In this document: positions 16,858 to 26,914 of the stretch, piece after piece
Layout: each line of letters starts with the position of its first letter
Position numbering within the stretch: the first letter of the stretch is position 1
Assembly: GCA_041672385.1 (NCBI GenBank)
Contig: JBAYZQ010000010.1
Span: 1 to 29,985 of the forward strand
Length of the DNA stretch: 29,985 bases
Source of the DNA: Sphaerochaetaceae bacterium
GTDB lineage: Bacteria > Spirochaetota > Spirochaetia > Sphaerochaetales > Sphaerochaetaceae
Reading direction: 5' to 3'
Position numbers and translations under genes: made by a program
The notes under the pieces: model-generated
Seen by the model: only the letters and a program-made list of their open reading frames with translations
Databases searched by the model: none
What the model was told of the DNA's origin: nothing

Positions 16858-19518
16858 CTAAAAAGATTTCAATACCTTAATATGGGTTTCTGTCTTTTCC
16901 ATTTTCTCTTCAAATTCAGCTTTTTTAGATTTTTCTTTGTCTATCGCTTCTTTTTTTGCAAAAGAAATAAATTTCTCATTTGCAAGTTTTGCGTTAGATT
17001 CTTTAAGAGATTTCTGAATTTTTAATAAATCCTTCTTTAGTTTATCAATTTCCTGTTCAACATCAAGGGCTTCACGTACAAATACGTAAAGATTATAACC
17101 ACTTAAAGCTACAGGTAGAGCTCCCTCAACACTTAAAGTACCTTTCGAATCTATTTCAAAACTACTTGCTTTTACAAAATTGGAAATTAAAGTCTTGTTT
17201 TCAAACAAGAAATCAACCGTTTCATTATTTTGTTCATCAGGCTTTAAAATAACTTTAATCCGTTTTTCTGGGGAAATTACTAGTTCTGATCTTACATTCC
17301 TTATTGCTTTAACAATATCTTGAAGGCTCAACATTTTTGCATTTTCTTTTTCAGCTATAAACTGCTGTTCATATTCTGGATATGATGAATCAATAATCAT
17401 TCCTTGAGTACTTGGAAGTTTGTCATATATTTCTTCTGTAATAAAGGAAAGGAATGGATGCATTAATTTCAAAGATTTTATTAGAAGATCTAAAAGCAAA
17501 GTTACTGCTTTGTTCTTTTTATCAGCATCTTCACTATAAAGGTCACTCTTACATATTTCTACATACCAGTCACAATAATCATTCCAGAAAAAGTCATAAA
17601 TAGCTTGGCTTGCCTCATTAAATTTATAACTTTCAATTGAAGAACGGGTCTTTTTAACTGCTTCATTAAATTTATGATAAATCCATTTATCTATTACATT
17701 TTTCTTTACATCTTCAATTTTTAGAGATTGTGTTCCATCAAGATTCATAAGTATAAATCTTGTTGCATTCCAAATCTTATTAGCAAATTTTGAACCAAGC
17801 TTAAAGGTATCCATATCAATTAAGATATCCTGACCTTGGGTTGATAAATAGCATAAAGTAAATTTCATAGCATCTGCACCATAAAGTTCGGTAACCTTTA
17901 TAGGATCAATACCATTTCCAAGACTTTTGCTCATCTTTCTTCCCTGGTTATCACGGACTAAACCTGTAATATAGATATCTTTAAAAGGAACTTTACCAAA
18001 AAACTCCAAACTTGCCATTATCATTCTACTTACCCAGAAGAAAATAATATCATATCCTGTAACTAATGACTGAGTTGGGAAGAATTTTTCTAAATCAGGG
18101 GTTTTGTCCGGCCAACCTAATGTACTAAAAGGCCATAGCCAAGAACTGAACCAGGTATCAAGAACATCTGTTTCCTGTCTTATATCTTTACTACCACATT
18201 TATCACAACAGTCAGGATCTTCCCTCTTAACCATTACCTGTCCACATTTATTACAATACCAAACTGGAATTCTATGTCCCCACCAAAGTTGACGACTAAT
18301 ACACCAATCTCGAATTCCTTCAAGCCAGCGTACATAAGTATTTTCCCAACGTTTTGGATAAAAATTTACTTCTCCTTGTTTCCAAGCCTTCAAAGCTTTC
18401 TCGGCCATTGTATCCATTTTGACAAACCATTGTTCACTTAAATATGGTTCAACCACTGTATTACAACGATAACAATGCCCTACTTCATGATTGTGTTCTT
18501 TTTCTCCAAGAAGATAGCCTTGTTCTTTTAAATCTTCTACAACAAGCTTCCTTGCTTTAACTACATCCATTTTTCGGTATTTTTCAGGAACATTTTCATT
18601 GAGTGTACCATCTGGATTAAGAAGATTTATAGCTTCAAGGTTGTGTCTTTTTCCACAATTCCAGTCATTTGGATCATGAGCTGGGGTAATTTTGACCATG
18701 CCTGTTCCAAATCCAATATCTACAAAGCTATCGGCAATTATTGGAATTTCCCTATCGGTAAGGGGAAGAGAAATCATTTTACCCACAAGAGAGGTATAAC
18801 GTTCGTCTTCAGGGTTAACAGCAACTGCTACATCCCCAAACATTGTTTCAGGTCTAGTAGTAGCAATAGTAATGCTTCCACTACCGTCTGCATAAGGATA
18901 CTTTACATCATAAAGTTTTCCTGGAACTTCGCTGTGTTCAACTTCATCATCAGCTAAAGCAGTTCCACATTTTGGACAATAATTAACGAGGTAATTACCT
19001 TTATATATCATTCCACGCTCATAAAGGGTAACAAAGCTTTCTCTTACAGCTTTGCTTAAACCTTCGTCCATGGTAAATCTTTCACGATCCCAATCACAAC
19101 TACATCCAATCTTTTCTAATTGTTTTGCAATTATATCATGGTGTTGATTTTTAACTTCCCAAGTTTTTTCAAGAAATTTTTCTCTTCCAAGGTCCTGTCT
19201 AGTTTTACCTTCTTTAAGAAGTATTCTCTCAACTACATTTTGAGTTGCTATTCCAGCATGGTCTGAACCGGGGACCCACAAAGTTGATTTACCAATCATT
19301 CGATTATATCGAATAATGACGTCTTGAATACCATTATTTAAAGCATGTCCCATATGAAGGATACCGGTGACATTCGGAGGTGGCATAACTATCGTAAAGG
19401 TATCCTTTTTATCCATATTAGGGCTAAACTTTCCAGCTTCTTTCCATTGTGAATAGATACGATCTTCAAAATCCTTAGGGTTATACGCCTTTTCCAACTC
19501 TATCGCCTTTAACTTCAT
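16858..19518 (-). CDS. valS: Valine--tRNA ligase
   Basis: HIGH motif (HMGHALNN), KMSKS (KMSKSLGN), the editing domain, the zinc-binding Cys cluster, and the C-terminal coiled-coil characteristic of ValRS. The corrected start is the ATG at 19518, preceded by GGAGG with a 5-nt spacing. The ORF track's extension to 19581 begins at a TTG. Confidence 0.95.
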   Translation of the reverse strand: MKLKAIELEKAYNPKDFEDRIYSQWKEAGKFSPNMDKKDTFTIVMPPPNVTGILHMGHALNNGIQDVIIRYNRMIGKSTLWVPGSDHAGIATQNVVERILLKEGKTRQDLGREKFLEKTWEVKNQHHDIIAKQLEKIGCSCDWDRERFTMDEGLSKAVRESFVTLYERGMIYKGNYLVNYCPKCGTALADDEVEHSEVPGKLYDVKYPYADGSGSITIATTRPETMFGDVAVAVNPEDERYTSLVGKMISLPLTDREIPIIADSFVDIGFGTGMVKITPAHDPNDWNCGKRHNLEAINLLNPDGTLNENVPEKYRKMDVVKARKLVVEDLKEQGYLLGEKEHNHEVGHCYRCNTVVEPYLSEQWFVKMDTMAEKALKAWKQGEVNFYPKRWENTYVRWLEGIRDWCISRQLWWGHRIPVWYCNKCGQVMVKREDPDCCDKCGSKDIRQETDVLDTWFSSWLWPFSTLGWPDKTPDLEKFFPTQSLVTGYDIIFFWVSRMIMASLEFFGKVPFKDIYITGLVRDNQGRKMSKSLGNGIDPIKVTELYGADAMKFTLCYLSTQGQDILIDMDTFKLGSKFANKIWNATRFILMNLDGTQSLKIEDVKKNVIDKWIYHKFNEAVKKTRSSIESYKFNEASQAIYDFFWNDYCDWYVEICKSDLYSEDADKKNKAVTLLLDLLIKSLKLMHPFLSFITEEIYDKLPSTQGMIIDSSYPEYEQQFIAEKENAKMLSLQDIVKAIRNVRSELVISPEKRIKVILKPDEQNNETVDFLFENKTLISNFVKASSFEIDSKGTLSVEGALPVALSGYNLYVFVREALDVEQEIDKLKKDLLKIQKSLKESNAKLANEKFISFAKKEAIDKEKSKKAEFEEKMEKTETHIKVLKSF

Positions 19519-19582
19519 GACAACCTCCATAACAAGAAAAAAATTCTTTTTAATACTACCTAAATATAAATAAAAATACAAG

Positions 19583-19605
19583 AAAAAAAAGACCTACCTT
19601 GTCTT
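19583..19605 (-). terminator. Weak candidate rho-independent terminator between the anti-sigma gene and valS
   Basis: Minus strand reads AAGAC-aaggtag-GTCTT followed by TTTTTTTT. The stem is only 5 bp, so this is tentative. Confidence 0.3.
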
Positions 19606-19662
19606 GAACACGGTAAATCTTTGTATTTTCATCTAATTCTTACTTATTAAAAAGTTAAAAAT

Positions 19663-20256
19663 TTAATTCCCACTACTTGGCTCACTTAAATCAGCTTCAT
19701 CTTCACTTAAATCTTCAGTACTGTCAAACTCTACAGGTTGAACACCTTTAATATGAAGATCAACGGTATAACCACGGTCATCAAGATTTGTTAGAATTTC
19801 TTCAAGGGTGTAATCATCCAAAGTCTGAATTTGAGGTTCTCTAACACTTACCATTGAAACGTTATTTTCATTAATATCAGTATTTATACCTGTATTTGGA
19901 ATAAATTCTTGAGAGTCTCCCTGTCCACCCCAAATTACAGTGGCAAAAATAAGGGTAAAAGCGGCAGCAACTCCTAACATTCCACCGAAACTGACTTTGA
20001 TTTTTTTATGTATAAGACTAGGTTTTTTTTTATTAAAATAGTTTTTTTCCATAAAAGATAAAACTTTCTCTTGCCTAGGGGCTATTTCATCATCTGTAAG
20101 TTGTGCACTACAAACCATTTTCTTTAAATTTTTTAATCTATTTAAACGTTCTTTACAAGCAACGCAATAACTCAAATGTTCTTCAACCTGTGTTTTCCAA
20201 GGCTCAGAAAGTTCCCCATCAAGGTAGGTATTTAAAATTTGATCATCAAGGCACAT
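19663..20256 (-). CDS. Anti-sigma factor, zinc-binding (ZAS-type HxxxCxxC) with one TM helix and an extracytoplasmic C-terminal domain
   Basis: The corrected ATG at 20256 has a GGGGAGG RBS and overlaps the sigma gene stop by 11 nt. N-terminal LDGELSEPW...HLSYCVACKERL (H-x3-C-x2-C). TM VSFGGMLGVAAAFTLIFATVIW. Acidic C-terminal tail. Confidence 0.65.
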   Translation of the reverse strand: MCLDDQILNTYLDGELSEPWKTQVEEHLSYCVACKERLNRLKNLKKMVCSAQLTDDEIAPRQEKVLSFMEKNYFNKKKPSLIHKKIKVSFGGMLGVAAAFTLIFATVIWGGQGDSQEFIPNTGINTDINENNVSMVSVREPQIQTLDDYTLEEILTNLDDRGYTVDLHIKGVQPVEFDSTEDLSEDEADLSEPSSGN

Positions 20257-20779
20257 GTATTTCCTCCCCGCTGAGCATCGATTCAAGTTCTTTACGAGCT
20301 CGATGGACCCTAACTTTAACATTACTTTCCGAAATCCGCAGAACCTGTGAAATTTGTTTATAGTTCAAACCTGCGTACTCTTTAAGTACTATTATCGTTT
20401 TGTATATCTCAGGCAATTGCTCCACAGCTTTTCTGACTGCCTGAGTAGATTCTTCTTTCAAAAGCTCACTTGCTCCATCTTTGTCATAAGACTTTGCATG
20501 TGGAAGCTTTTTAAGCTTCTCTATGGAATTCCTTTCTCTTGATTTTCGCTTCACTTGATTAATAGCTAGATTTTTTGTAACCCTAATCAACCAATATTTT
20601 GCATCATCAACAGTATCAAATACCATATCTTTATCATAGAATCGTATGAAAGCATCCTGACAAATATCCTCCGCAACGTCCTTGTTGTAGGTAACATGAT
20701 AAGCCACCCTCATAATTACAGGGAAAACTTCTTCATATACTCGTTTGAATTCTGCTTCATTACTACTTCTTATTTCCAT
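20246..20779 (-). CDS. ECF-type RNA polymerase sigma-70 family factor
   Basis: 177 aa. The region-2-like segment is AEDICQDAFIRFYDK. The region-4 HTH is YKQISQVLRISESNVKVRVHRARKEL. Followed immediately by the overlapping anti-sigma gene. Confidence 0.8.
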   Translation of the reverse strand: MEIRSSNEAEFKRVYEEVFPVIMRVAYHVTYNKDVAEDICQDAFIRFYDKDMVFDTVDDAKYWLIRVTKNLAINQVKRKSRERNSIEKLKKLPHAKSYDKDGASELLKEESTQAVRKAVEQLPEIYKTIIVLKEYAGLNYKQISQVLRISESNVKVRVHRARKELESMLSGEEIHVP

Positions 20780-20807
20780 AACTATAAACTCTTCTGTAAC
20801 AAAAAGG

Positions 20808-22235
20808 TTACATCTTTTTTTCTATAAATGAACCATCTTTTGTATCTTTTACCAAATAGCCTAATTCATCAAGTTTTTGTCTCAAATTATCAGCTTTTGA
20901 ATAATCTTTGTCCAATTTTGCTTGGTTTCTATCTTTCAACAAATCCAAAGCTTCCTTATTCGTCACCTCTTGTTTTTTCTCTAACTTAAGAGATTTAAAG
21001 TTAAATCCAAAAATCTCATCCATATAATAGCAAAGAGAGAGTTTCTCTGCACTACTGACATCGTCATTCTTAATCAAATTCCAAAAATCAGCCAATGCCC
21101 TTGGAGTGTTAAGGTCATTAGTTATATGTTCATCAAATTCACTTTTAATTTCCAAAACTTTTTTGTCAGAAATCTCTTCTATCGAAGGAATTCTATCACA
21201 GTCTAGTGTATTTTTCAAACTAATAATTCTATCAAAAGCACCTCTTCTAGCTATTCTTGCTCCATCAAGAGCTTTATAACTAAACTGAAGTTGGGTTCTA
21301 TAATGCCCACCTAGGCAAAAATATCTATAATCAAGTGGGTCATATCCTTCATCTTTTAAAACATGCATGGTTAAAAAGGTTCCATTACTCTTACTCATTT
21401 TGCCTTTATCAGATAGTAAAAATTCTCCATGCAACCAGTAATTTACCCAAGTTTTACCTGTAGCGGCTTCACTTTGTGCAATTTCATTTGTGTGATGGAC
21501 TGGTATTGCATCAACACCTCCACAGTGAATATCAAAATGTTCTCCAAGATATTTCATACTCATAGCGCTACATTCGATATGCCATCCTGGATAACCTCTT
21601 CCCCAAGGGGAGTCCCACATCATGGCTTGATGTCCAAATTTACTTTTGGTAAACCATAAAACAAAATCTAAAGGATTTTTTTTATTATCATCTACACAAA
21701 TTCTAGCACCACTTTTTAGTTCATTCAAATCCAATCTTGCAAGCTTACCATAATCATCAAGAGTATCAATACTGAAATATACGTTACCTCCAGATACATA
21801 GGTATGGCCACCTTTTTCAAGGCGTTCTATCAATTTAATCATATCCGCAATATGATCAGTTGCTTTACATATTATTTGGGGCCTAATCATATTTAGGCAA
21901 TCAAAATCAGCAAAAAAGGCTTCGGTGTATTTTTTTGAGATATCCCAAACGCTACTTCCAGTCTCTCTGGCGCTTTTTTCAAGTTTATCCTCTCCTTCAT
22001 CTCCATCTCCAACAAGATGACCAACATCGGTAATATTCATAACGTGTTTAACTTTATAACCGTAATGGACTAGGGTTCTTTTTAATATATCTTCAAAAAG
22101 AAAAGTTCTTAAATTTCCAATATGTGCAAAATTATATACTGTGGGTCCACAGCAATAAAGTCCTACCTGCCCTGGCTTAATAGATTTGAATTCTTCAATT
22201 GACCTTGACATAGTGTTATATAAACGTACGCTCAT
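20808..22235 (-). CDS. cysS: Cysteine--tRNA ligase
   Basis: HIGH-type motif (FAHIGNLRT), zinc-binding Cys residues, and KMSKS (KMSKSNG). The corrected start is the ATG at 22235, preceded by CAGGAG. The ORF track's 22328 start would add 31 non-conserved residues. Confidence 0.9.
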   Translation of the reverse strand: MSVRLYNTMSRSIEEFKSIKPGQVGLYCCGPTVYNFAHIGNLRTFLFEDILKRTLVHYGYKVKHVMNITDVGHLVGDGDEGEDKLEKSARETGSSVWDISKKYTEAFFADFDCLNMIRPQIICKATDHIADMIKLIERLEKGGHTYVSGGNVYFSIDTLDDYGKLARLDLNELKSGARICVDDNKKNPLDFVLWFTKSKFGHQAMMWDSPWGRGYPGWHIECSAMSMKYLGEHFDIHCGGVDAIPVHHTNEIAQSEAATGKTWVNYWLHGEFLLSDKGKMSKSNGTFLTMHVLKDEGYDPLDYRYFCLGGHYRTQLQFSYKALDGARIARRGAFDRIISLKNTLDCDRIPSIEEISDKKVLEIKSEFDEHITNDLNTPRALADFWNLIKNDDVSSAEKLSLCYYMDEIFGFNFKSLKLEKKQEVTNKEALDLLKDRNQAKLDKDYSKADNLRQKLDELGYLVKDTKDGSFIEKKM

Positions 22236-22282
22236 AAAAAACTCCTGTTGAATTGTTACTAAATTCAGGATAACATGTACCC

Positions 22283-23185
22283 ATGTCACACAGAATAAGT
22301 AATTTTCAAGAAAAAAGCAATAAAACACTTAATCTTAAAGATTATAGTTCCATAAAAGCCGGCCCTATTCTTAAAAATTGTTTTTTTCCTAAATCAACAG
22401 AAGAGTTTTCAAAGATTTATCAAAGGCTTATTTTAGATGAAGAAAAACCAGTAATTCTTGGTAGTGCAACAAATTCCCTTATCTCACTTAGTTTTGAAAA
22501 TCAACCTTTTATTATTACTAGCTTAATTAATGAGTTTTCTGTTAAAAATAATTGCATTCAGGTTTCTAGTGGTTATAATTTATCTTCACTGATATCAAAA
22601 GCTAATTCTGAAGGTTTTTCGCAAATTGAACAGTTAATTGGAATACCCGGCACAATTGGAGGAGCTTTATTTTCAAATTCTGGAAGTAAAGATTCCAACA
22701 TAGGTGATTTTCTAGAAAGGGTTACCATTATCGATCCATCTCTTAAGATTATTGAACTTACAAAGAAAGAATGCTGTTTCTCTTATCGTTCTTCAATTTT
22801 TAAAAACAATAACTTTGTAATTCTTTCAGCTTCTTTTAGATATCCCCAAATAACTACGGAAAAAGAAAAGATAAAAATTAAAAAACAAAAATTAAAAATT
22901 CTACAATTAAAAAAAGATTCAGGCCTTTTTGATTATCCCTCTCTTGGATCTTATTTTAAAAATCCTTCAAATTATTCAGCCGGTTATCTTCTAGAAGAAG
23001 CTAAAGTAAAAGAACTAAAGGTAAAGGGTGCCTCAATCAATCCCAAACATGCAAATCAAATTATTAACATAGATAAAAAAGCTCAATCACAAGATATTTA
23101 CGATCTTGGTGAAATTTGTAAATTTAAGGTGAAAGAAAAATTTAACATCATTTTAGAAAAAGAAATCTCAGTTTTTGGATTTTAA
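22283..23185 (+). CDS. murB: UDP-N-acetylenolpyruvoylglucosamine reductase (UDP-N-acetylmuramate dehydrogenase)
   Basis: FAD-binding-type motif LIGIPGTIGGALFSNSGSKDSNIGDF, C-terminal substrate-domain motif SLGSYFKNPS, and a Lys-rich low-complexity insert. Divergent from cysS. Confidence 0.75.
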   Translation: MSHRISNFQEKSNKTLNLKDYSSIKAGPILKNCFFPKSTEEFSKIYQRLILDEEKPVILGSATNSLISLSFENQPFIITSLINEFSVKNNCIQVSSGYNLSSLISKANSEGFSQIEQLIGIPGTIGGALFSNSGSKDSNIGDFLERVTIIDPSLKIIELTKKECCFSYRSSIFKNNNFVILSASFRYPQITTEKEKIKIKKQKLKILQLKKDSGLFDYPSLGSYFKNPSNYSAGYLLEEAKVKELKVKGASINPKHANQIINIDKKAQSQDIYDLGEICKFKVKEKFNIILEKEISVFGF

Positions 23186-23329
23186 AAATAAAAAATTTTA
23201 TTTTAAAGTGACAAGAATTATGTTAAAATCTTATAAAAAGGGGAATGGGTTTTAATTATTTTTTTAAAAGTTATTTTGACTAAATTATTAATAAATCCAA
23301 TATAACCAATTCTAATTAAGGACTAACAA

Positions 23330-24022
23330 ATGAATATTTGCAAATTACTTTTCTCAAAGATTTTATTAGGTCTTTTTTTTATATTTTTTCTTTTGTTTTT
23401 TACTGGATGTTCTTCCATGAAAGCCCTAAAGGATGTTAACGAAAATCCAATAAATATTGTGAGGGGCAATCCAGAAAATCCAGCAATGGTAAAGGAATAC
23501 TTAGAAAACGTTTTAGCTTTTCCTGAAGGACGTGAAGTCAAAGCATTTAATAGAAAACCATATTCACCTGAAAATAAAAAGACACTTTTTATGCATCATA
23601 GTTTTTATGTTTTTTTAAAGGATGGTAAAATTGAACATTCACTAGTATTTACGGCTACCCCTAAAGGATCCGAACAAAAAGGGAACTGGATGCTAGATGC
23701 TGAAAGTGATATTGATTCCTATAAGATGTTTATAAATTCAAATAATCCATGGCAAGTAGAGGAGTATCAAACTTCTAAATATGGTTCAAGATTAAACCTT
23801 GAAGGAACTACAAAGAATATATTAAAAAGATTAGAAAAGGAATATTCATTTTTTGGTCCGGCAAGCGTAAGGGACTTACCTTGGTATCATTTCCTCTGGT
23901 TAACAGTTACTCCACCACCAATTCTAACATTAGGCTCTATTTTAATAGTTTCTATTCATAAAGATAATTGCAATTCTGCAGTTCTAGAAACAATGGTTTG
24001 GGATAAACCTGAAGTAATATAA
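23330..24022 (+). CDS. Putative lipoprotein (lipobox FTGC), function unknown
   Basis: Signal peptide with a lipobox (LLFFTGCSS). AAGGA RBS 8 nt upstream. Candidate TTGACT-17-AATATA promoter. A C-terminal hydrophobic stretch may be an additional anchor. Confidence 0.55.
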   Translation: MNICKLLFSKILLGLFFIFFLLFFTGCSSMKALKDVNENPINIVRGNPENPAMVKEYLENVLAFPEGREVKAFNRKPYSPENKKTLFMHHSFYVFLKDGKIEHSLVFTATPKGSEQKGNWMLDAESDIDSYKMFINSNNPWQVEEYQTSKYGSRLNLEGTTKNILKRLEKEYSFFGPASVRDLPWYHFLWLTVTPPPILTLGSILIVSIHKDNCNSAVLETMVWDKPEVI

Positions 24023-24056
24023 AATTAAAGGACATGAAATTCATGTCCTTTATTAA
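24021..24056. terminator. Bidirectional rho-independent terminator between the lipoprotein gene (+) and ackA (-)
   Basis: The arms aaggacatgaa / ttcatgtcctt (24028-24050) are perfect complements, giving a ~9-bp stem with a short loop. Flanked by A/T runs on both sides. Confidence 0.6.
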
Positions 24057-24072
24057 TCAATTATTAAAGTTA

Positions 24073-25407
24073 CTATTTTATATTAACAATTAGTCTTTTT
24101 AGTTCAGGACGTTTTTCTAAGTCTTTTACCAAACCTCTTGCTCTACCTTTATTAACATAATCTTTTTCTTCAAAAGTATAATGGAAATTTGTATGAACAT
24201 CATAAGTTCCCTGCATAAGAGCAAAAGCATCTTCAGTCATAACTAATTCTTCATCAGTAGGAATAACAAGAATTTTAACTGGAGAATCATCTGTTGATAT
24301 TTCAAGTTCAGCATTTCTGCATCTTGCAATTTCATTTTTATCCGTGTCAAGTTTTATCCCTAAGCTCTCAAGTCCTTCCAATGCGCCTTTTCTAATATGT
24401 TCAGCCATTTCACCAACACCAGCGGTAAAGACTACAGCATCTACTCTACCAAGAAGAGCTGCATAAGCACCAATATATTTCTTAATTCTTCTGCATTCCA
24501 TTGCTACGCCAAGTTGGGCTTTCTTGTCTCCATTAATAGCTGCACTTTGAACATCTCTTCTATCAGAATAACCACAAATTCCTTGTAAACCAGATTTTTT
24601 ATTTAAAGCTGTATCCATTTCAGAAGCACTCATACCTGTTAGATTCATTATGTAAGGCATAATCGCAGGATCCATATCTCCACTTCGAGTGCCCATTACA
24701 AGACCCTCTAACGGAGTAAGTCCCATTGAGGTATCAATGCAGATTCCGTTTTTAACTGCACAAACACTTGCTCCATTACCAATATGACAAATAATAACAT
24801 TTGTATCTGCATTCTTCTTTCCAAGAATTACTGCTGCTCTTTTAGCACAATACAAATGGCTCGTTCCGTGGAATCCATATCGACGAACATTATATTTGGT
24901 ATACCATTCATAAGGAAGAGCATACATAAAAGCTTCAGGTTCCATTGTTTGATGCCAAGCAGTATCAACAATTATTGCATGTGGAATATTTGGCATTACT
25001 TTTCTAGCAGCCTCAATTCCCATTATATTAGCTGGCATATGAAGAGGTCCAAGAGGAATTACAGTTTTTAAATCTTCAATTACTTTATCAGTTACCAAAG
25101 TAGATTGTTTAAAAAGTTCTCCACCATGTAAAACTCTATGTCCTACTGCCCCAATTTGGTTAATATTTTCAATAACACCATATTCTTTATCAACAAGCAT
25201 TTTGATAATTAACTCAATTGCCTCTTTGTGGGTAGGAGAAGAAAAACGTTGGTTAAATTCAGGTTTTCCATTTGCCTTATGCTCTATAGTTGAATATTCA
25301 AGTCCAACACGTTCTACTACACCGACTGCCAAAACATCTTTATTATCCCAGTCGTAAACTTGATACTTCGCTGAGGAACTACCACAATTCAAGGTTAAAA
25401 TTACCAT
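24073..25407 (-). CDS. ackA: Acetate kinase
   Basis: N-terminal [15 protein letters not shown], and the conserved IPTDEELVM motif near residue ~395. A ~45-aa extension follows beyond the usual C-terminus. GGAG RBS. Confidence 0.9.
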   Translation of the reverse strand: MVILTLNCGSSSAKYQVYDWDNKDVLAVGVVERVGLEYSTIEHKANGKPEFNQRFSSPTHKEAIELIIKMLVDKEYGVIENINQIGAVGHRVLHGGELFKQSTLVTDKVIEDLKTVIPLGPLHMPANIMGIEAARKVMPNIPHAIIVDTAWHQTMEPEAFMYALPYEWYTKYNVRRYGFHGTSHLYCAKRAAVILGKKNADTNVIICHIGNGASVCAVKNGICIDTSMGLTPLEGLVMGTRSGDMDPAIMPYIMNLTGMSASEMDTALNKKSGLQGICGYSDRRDVQSAAINGDKKAQLGVAMECRRIKKYIGAYAALLGRVDAVVFTAGVGEMAEHIRKGALEGLESLGIKLDTDKNEIARCRNAELEISTDDSPVKILVIPTDEELVMTEDAFALMQGTYDVHTNFHYTFEEKDYVNKGRARGLVKDLEKRPELKRLIVNIK

Positions 25408-25590
25408 AAATACTCTCCAAAATTAAATTGTGAGCAAGAAACTGCTCATTAAGCTTACTGAATTTAAACACAAATGAAAAAATTAATCAACGTTAAAGAC
25501 AAATCAAAAAAAGTTAAAATTTTTAATTTCAAAAATTTATTTATTCATCAAAAAAGGAATTAATGGAGCTTATATAATGGAGAAGTATTT

Positions 25591-26820
25591 ATGACTATTA
25601 CCAAACTAAGGTTTTTTGCCTTAACATTTTTTTTAATTATTTTTTCATTTTCTATTTATGGGAAAACTTTAACTTTATCCCAGACAAGTTTGAAGGAGGG
25701 GCATCGTCTTAGTTTTGACTTTCAAGATAATTCAATAAGGCTTTTTGGAGCCTTAAAAATGGATGAACACAATTTTGAAATTTTATTTCCAAGAACTCTT
25801 CAATTTCAAAGTAATAACCTTTTTTTCGGACAATTTAATCCTTCTGGAACTTTTAGACTTCTTTTATACCCAATGGATCTAGCTTTAAGTGAAGATTCAA
25901 ATAGCAAAATATTTTCTCCAGGTATGAAATTATCAGGGCCTAGTCAACTAACTGGCTTAATCTATTCTCCAATGAAAGAACTTAGTTTTTTAAAAACAAG
26001 TCCAGTTTATAATTCCACTTCTTTAGATACAATCGGTATTTTTTTTAATAGTCCCTGTTTTTATGTAAATGATTTACTCTTTCTTAACGCGCCTAAATCA
26101 TCAAATGGACCTTATCAAATTGATTGGGATGTTTTTTCTTTTCAAAAAATTATTAATTTTATTATTATTGGAGGCAAAATAAGCAGTGAATTCTTCACAT
26201 CTTCTTGGTATTTGCAAAATGCTTATAGAAAAAATTCATCAATCTTTTTCAATTATTCTCTAAATTTTTCTTTTTTTATCAAAAATATGACTTTTAGTTA
26301 TACAAAAAAACAAGGGCAAAATATAATTGAACCTCTTTTAATTCATAGTAAACTTTTCCCTGCAGTTATTAATAAGTATTCATTTAAGAGTAAATCTTCA
26401 CCTTCAGTTAATTTTGAAATAAACTATTCAATTAGTGAATACCCCGGTCCCAAAATTTCTGGAAAATCTCAAAGAAGAATTTATCTTATGCAATTAATAA
26501 TTTCTCAAGAAATTTTTTCTTATTCAAAGTCAATAAAAAACGAATATAGTGAAAAGAGAAAACAAATTATAACTTCAAACCAAATAATACAATTTGAAAT
26601 TCCTACAAAAAAACACCCTTGTAAATTCTCACTAGAAATTAAAGATATGCAGGAATTTAATCTAAAATTTTCCACTTTAAATTTAGATATCGATTATCAA
26701 ATTGAGAAAGAAATTGTAAAGATTACTATTAAACATACTTTTCAAGATTCAAACAAAACTTTGACCATTAGTTTTGATCAAGATCAAGTTTTTTCTTTTA
26801 GTTTTAAAATGAATTTTTGA
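25591..26820 (+). CDS. Exported hypothetical protein, outer-membrane beta-barrel-like (C-terminal ...FSFSFKMNF)
   Basis: Signal peptide MTITKLRFFALTFFLIIFSFSIYG. Ser/Phe/Asn-rich with alternating hydrophobic residues. The terminal residue is Phe, consistent with the conserved C-terminal Phe of outer-membrane beta-barrel proteins. I recognise no family. Confidence 0.45.
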   Translation: MTITKLRFFALTFFLIIFSFSIYGKTLTLSQTSLKEGHRLSFDFQDNSIRLFGALKMDEHNFEILFPRTLQFQSNNLFFGQFNPSGTFRLLLYPMDLALSEDSNSKIFSPGMKLSGPSQLTGLIYSPMKELSFLKTSPVYNSTSLDTIGIFFNSPCFYVNDLLFLNAPKSSNGPYQIDWDVFSFQKIINFIIIGGKISSEFFTSSWYLQNAYRKNSSIFFNYSLNFSFFIKNMTFSYTKKQGQNIIEPLLIHSKLFPAVINKYSFKSKSSPSVNFEINYSISEYPGPKISGKSQRRIYLMQLIISQEIFSYSKSIKNEYSEKRKQIITSNQIIQFEIPTKKHPCKFSLEIKDMQEFNLKFSTLNLDIDYQIEKEIVKITIKHTFQDSNKTLTISFDQDQVFSFSFKMNF

Positions 26821-26914
26821 AGAAGAATGAAGAAATGTGTAAATATTGTGAAGTTAAAAACATTATAATTTTTATTTGATATTATTTTCTTAATTATTTT
26901 TAGGAGGAAAATAC

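Noticed and set aside
16834-17025. 63-aa Phe/Lys-rich plus-strand ORF
   Set aside because: It is antisense to the valS 3' end and the downstream membrane-protein start. Its low-complexity composition is an artefact of the A/T-rich reverse frame.
16858-19581. ORF-track N-terminal extensions of valS (to 19581), cysS (to 22328), the ParA-like gene (to 15994), the anti-sigma gene (to 20322) and the DUF362 gene (from 11054)
   Set aside because: These begin at TTG or GTG codons rendered as M by the ORF track, and they add non-conserved, hydrophobic or low-complexity residues. In each case an internal ATG with a good Shine-Dalgarno sequence coincides with the start of the conserved protein (for example MKLKAIELEKAY for ValRS and MGKALAFHLQKGGVGKTT for ParA).
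20795-20812. Hairpin tgtaac-aaaaag-gttaca between cysS and the ECF sigma gene, followed by a T-run on the plus strand
   Set aside because: The U-tract is on the plus strand, where no gene is transcribed. On the minus strand, which carries cysS and the sigma gene, no U-tract follows. The hairpin overlaps the cysS stop codon. It is not a functional terminator for the genes present. At most it is an RNA structure in the cysS-sigma junction.
23186-23206. A/T-only palindrome aaaataaaa-aa-ttttatttt after murB
   Set aside because: It is composed solely of A and T, so any hairpin would be extremely weak. Such elements arise by chance in DNA of this composition.
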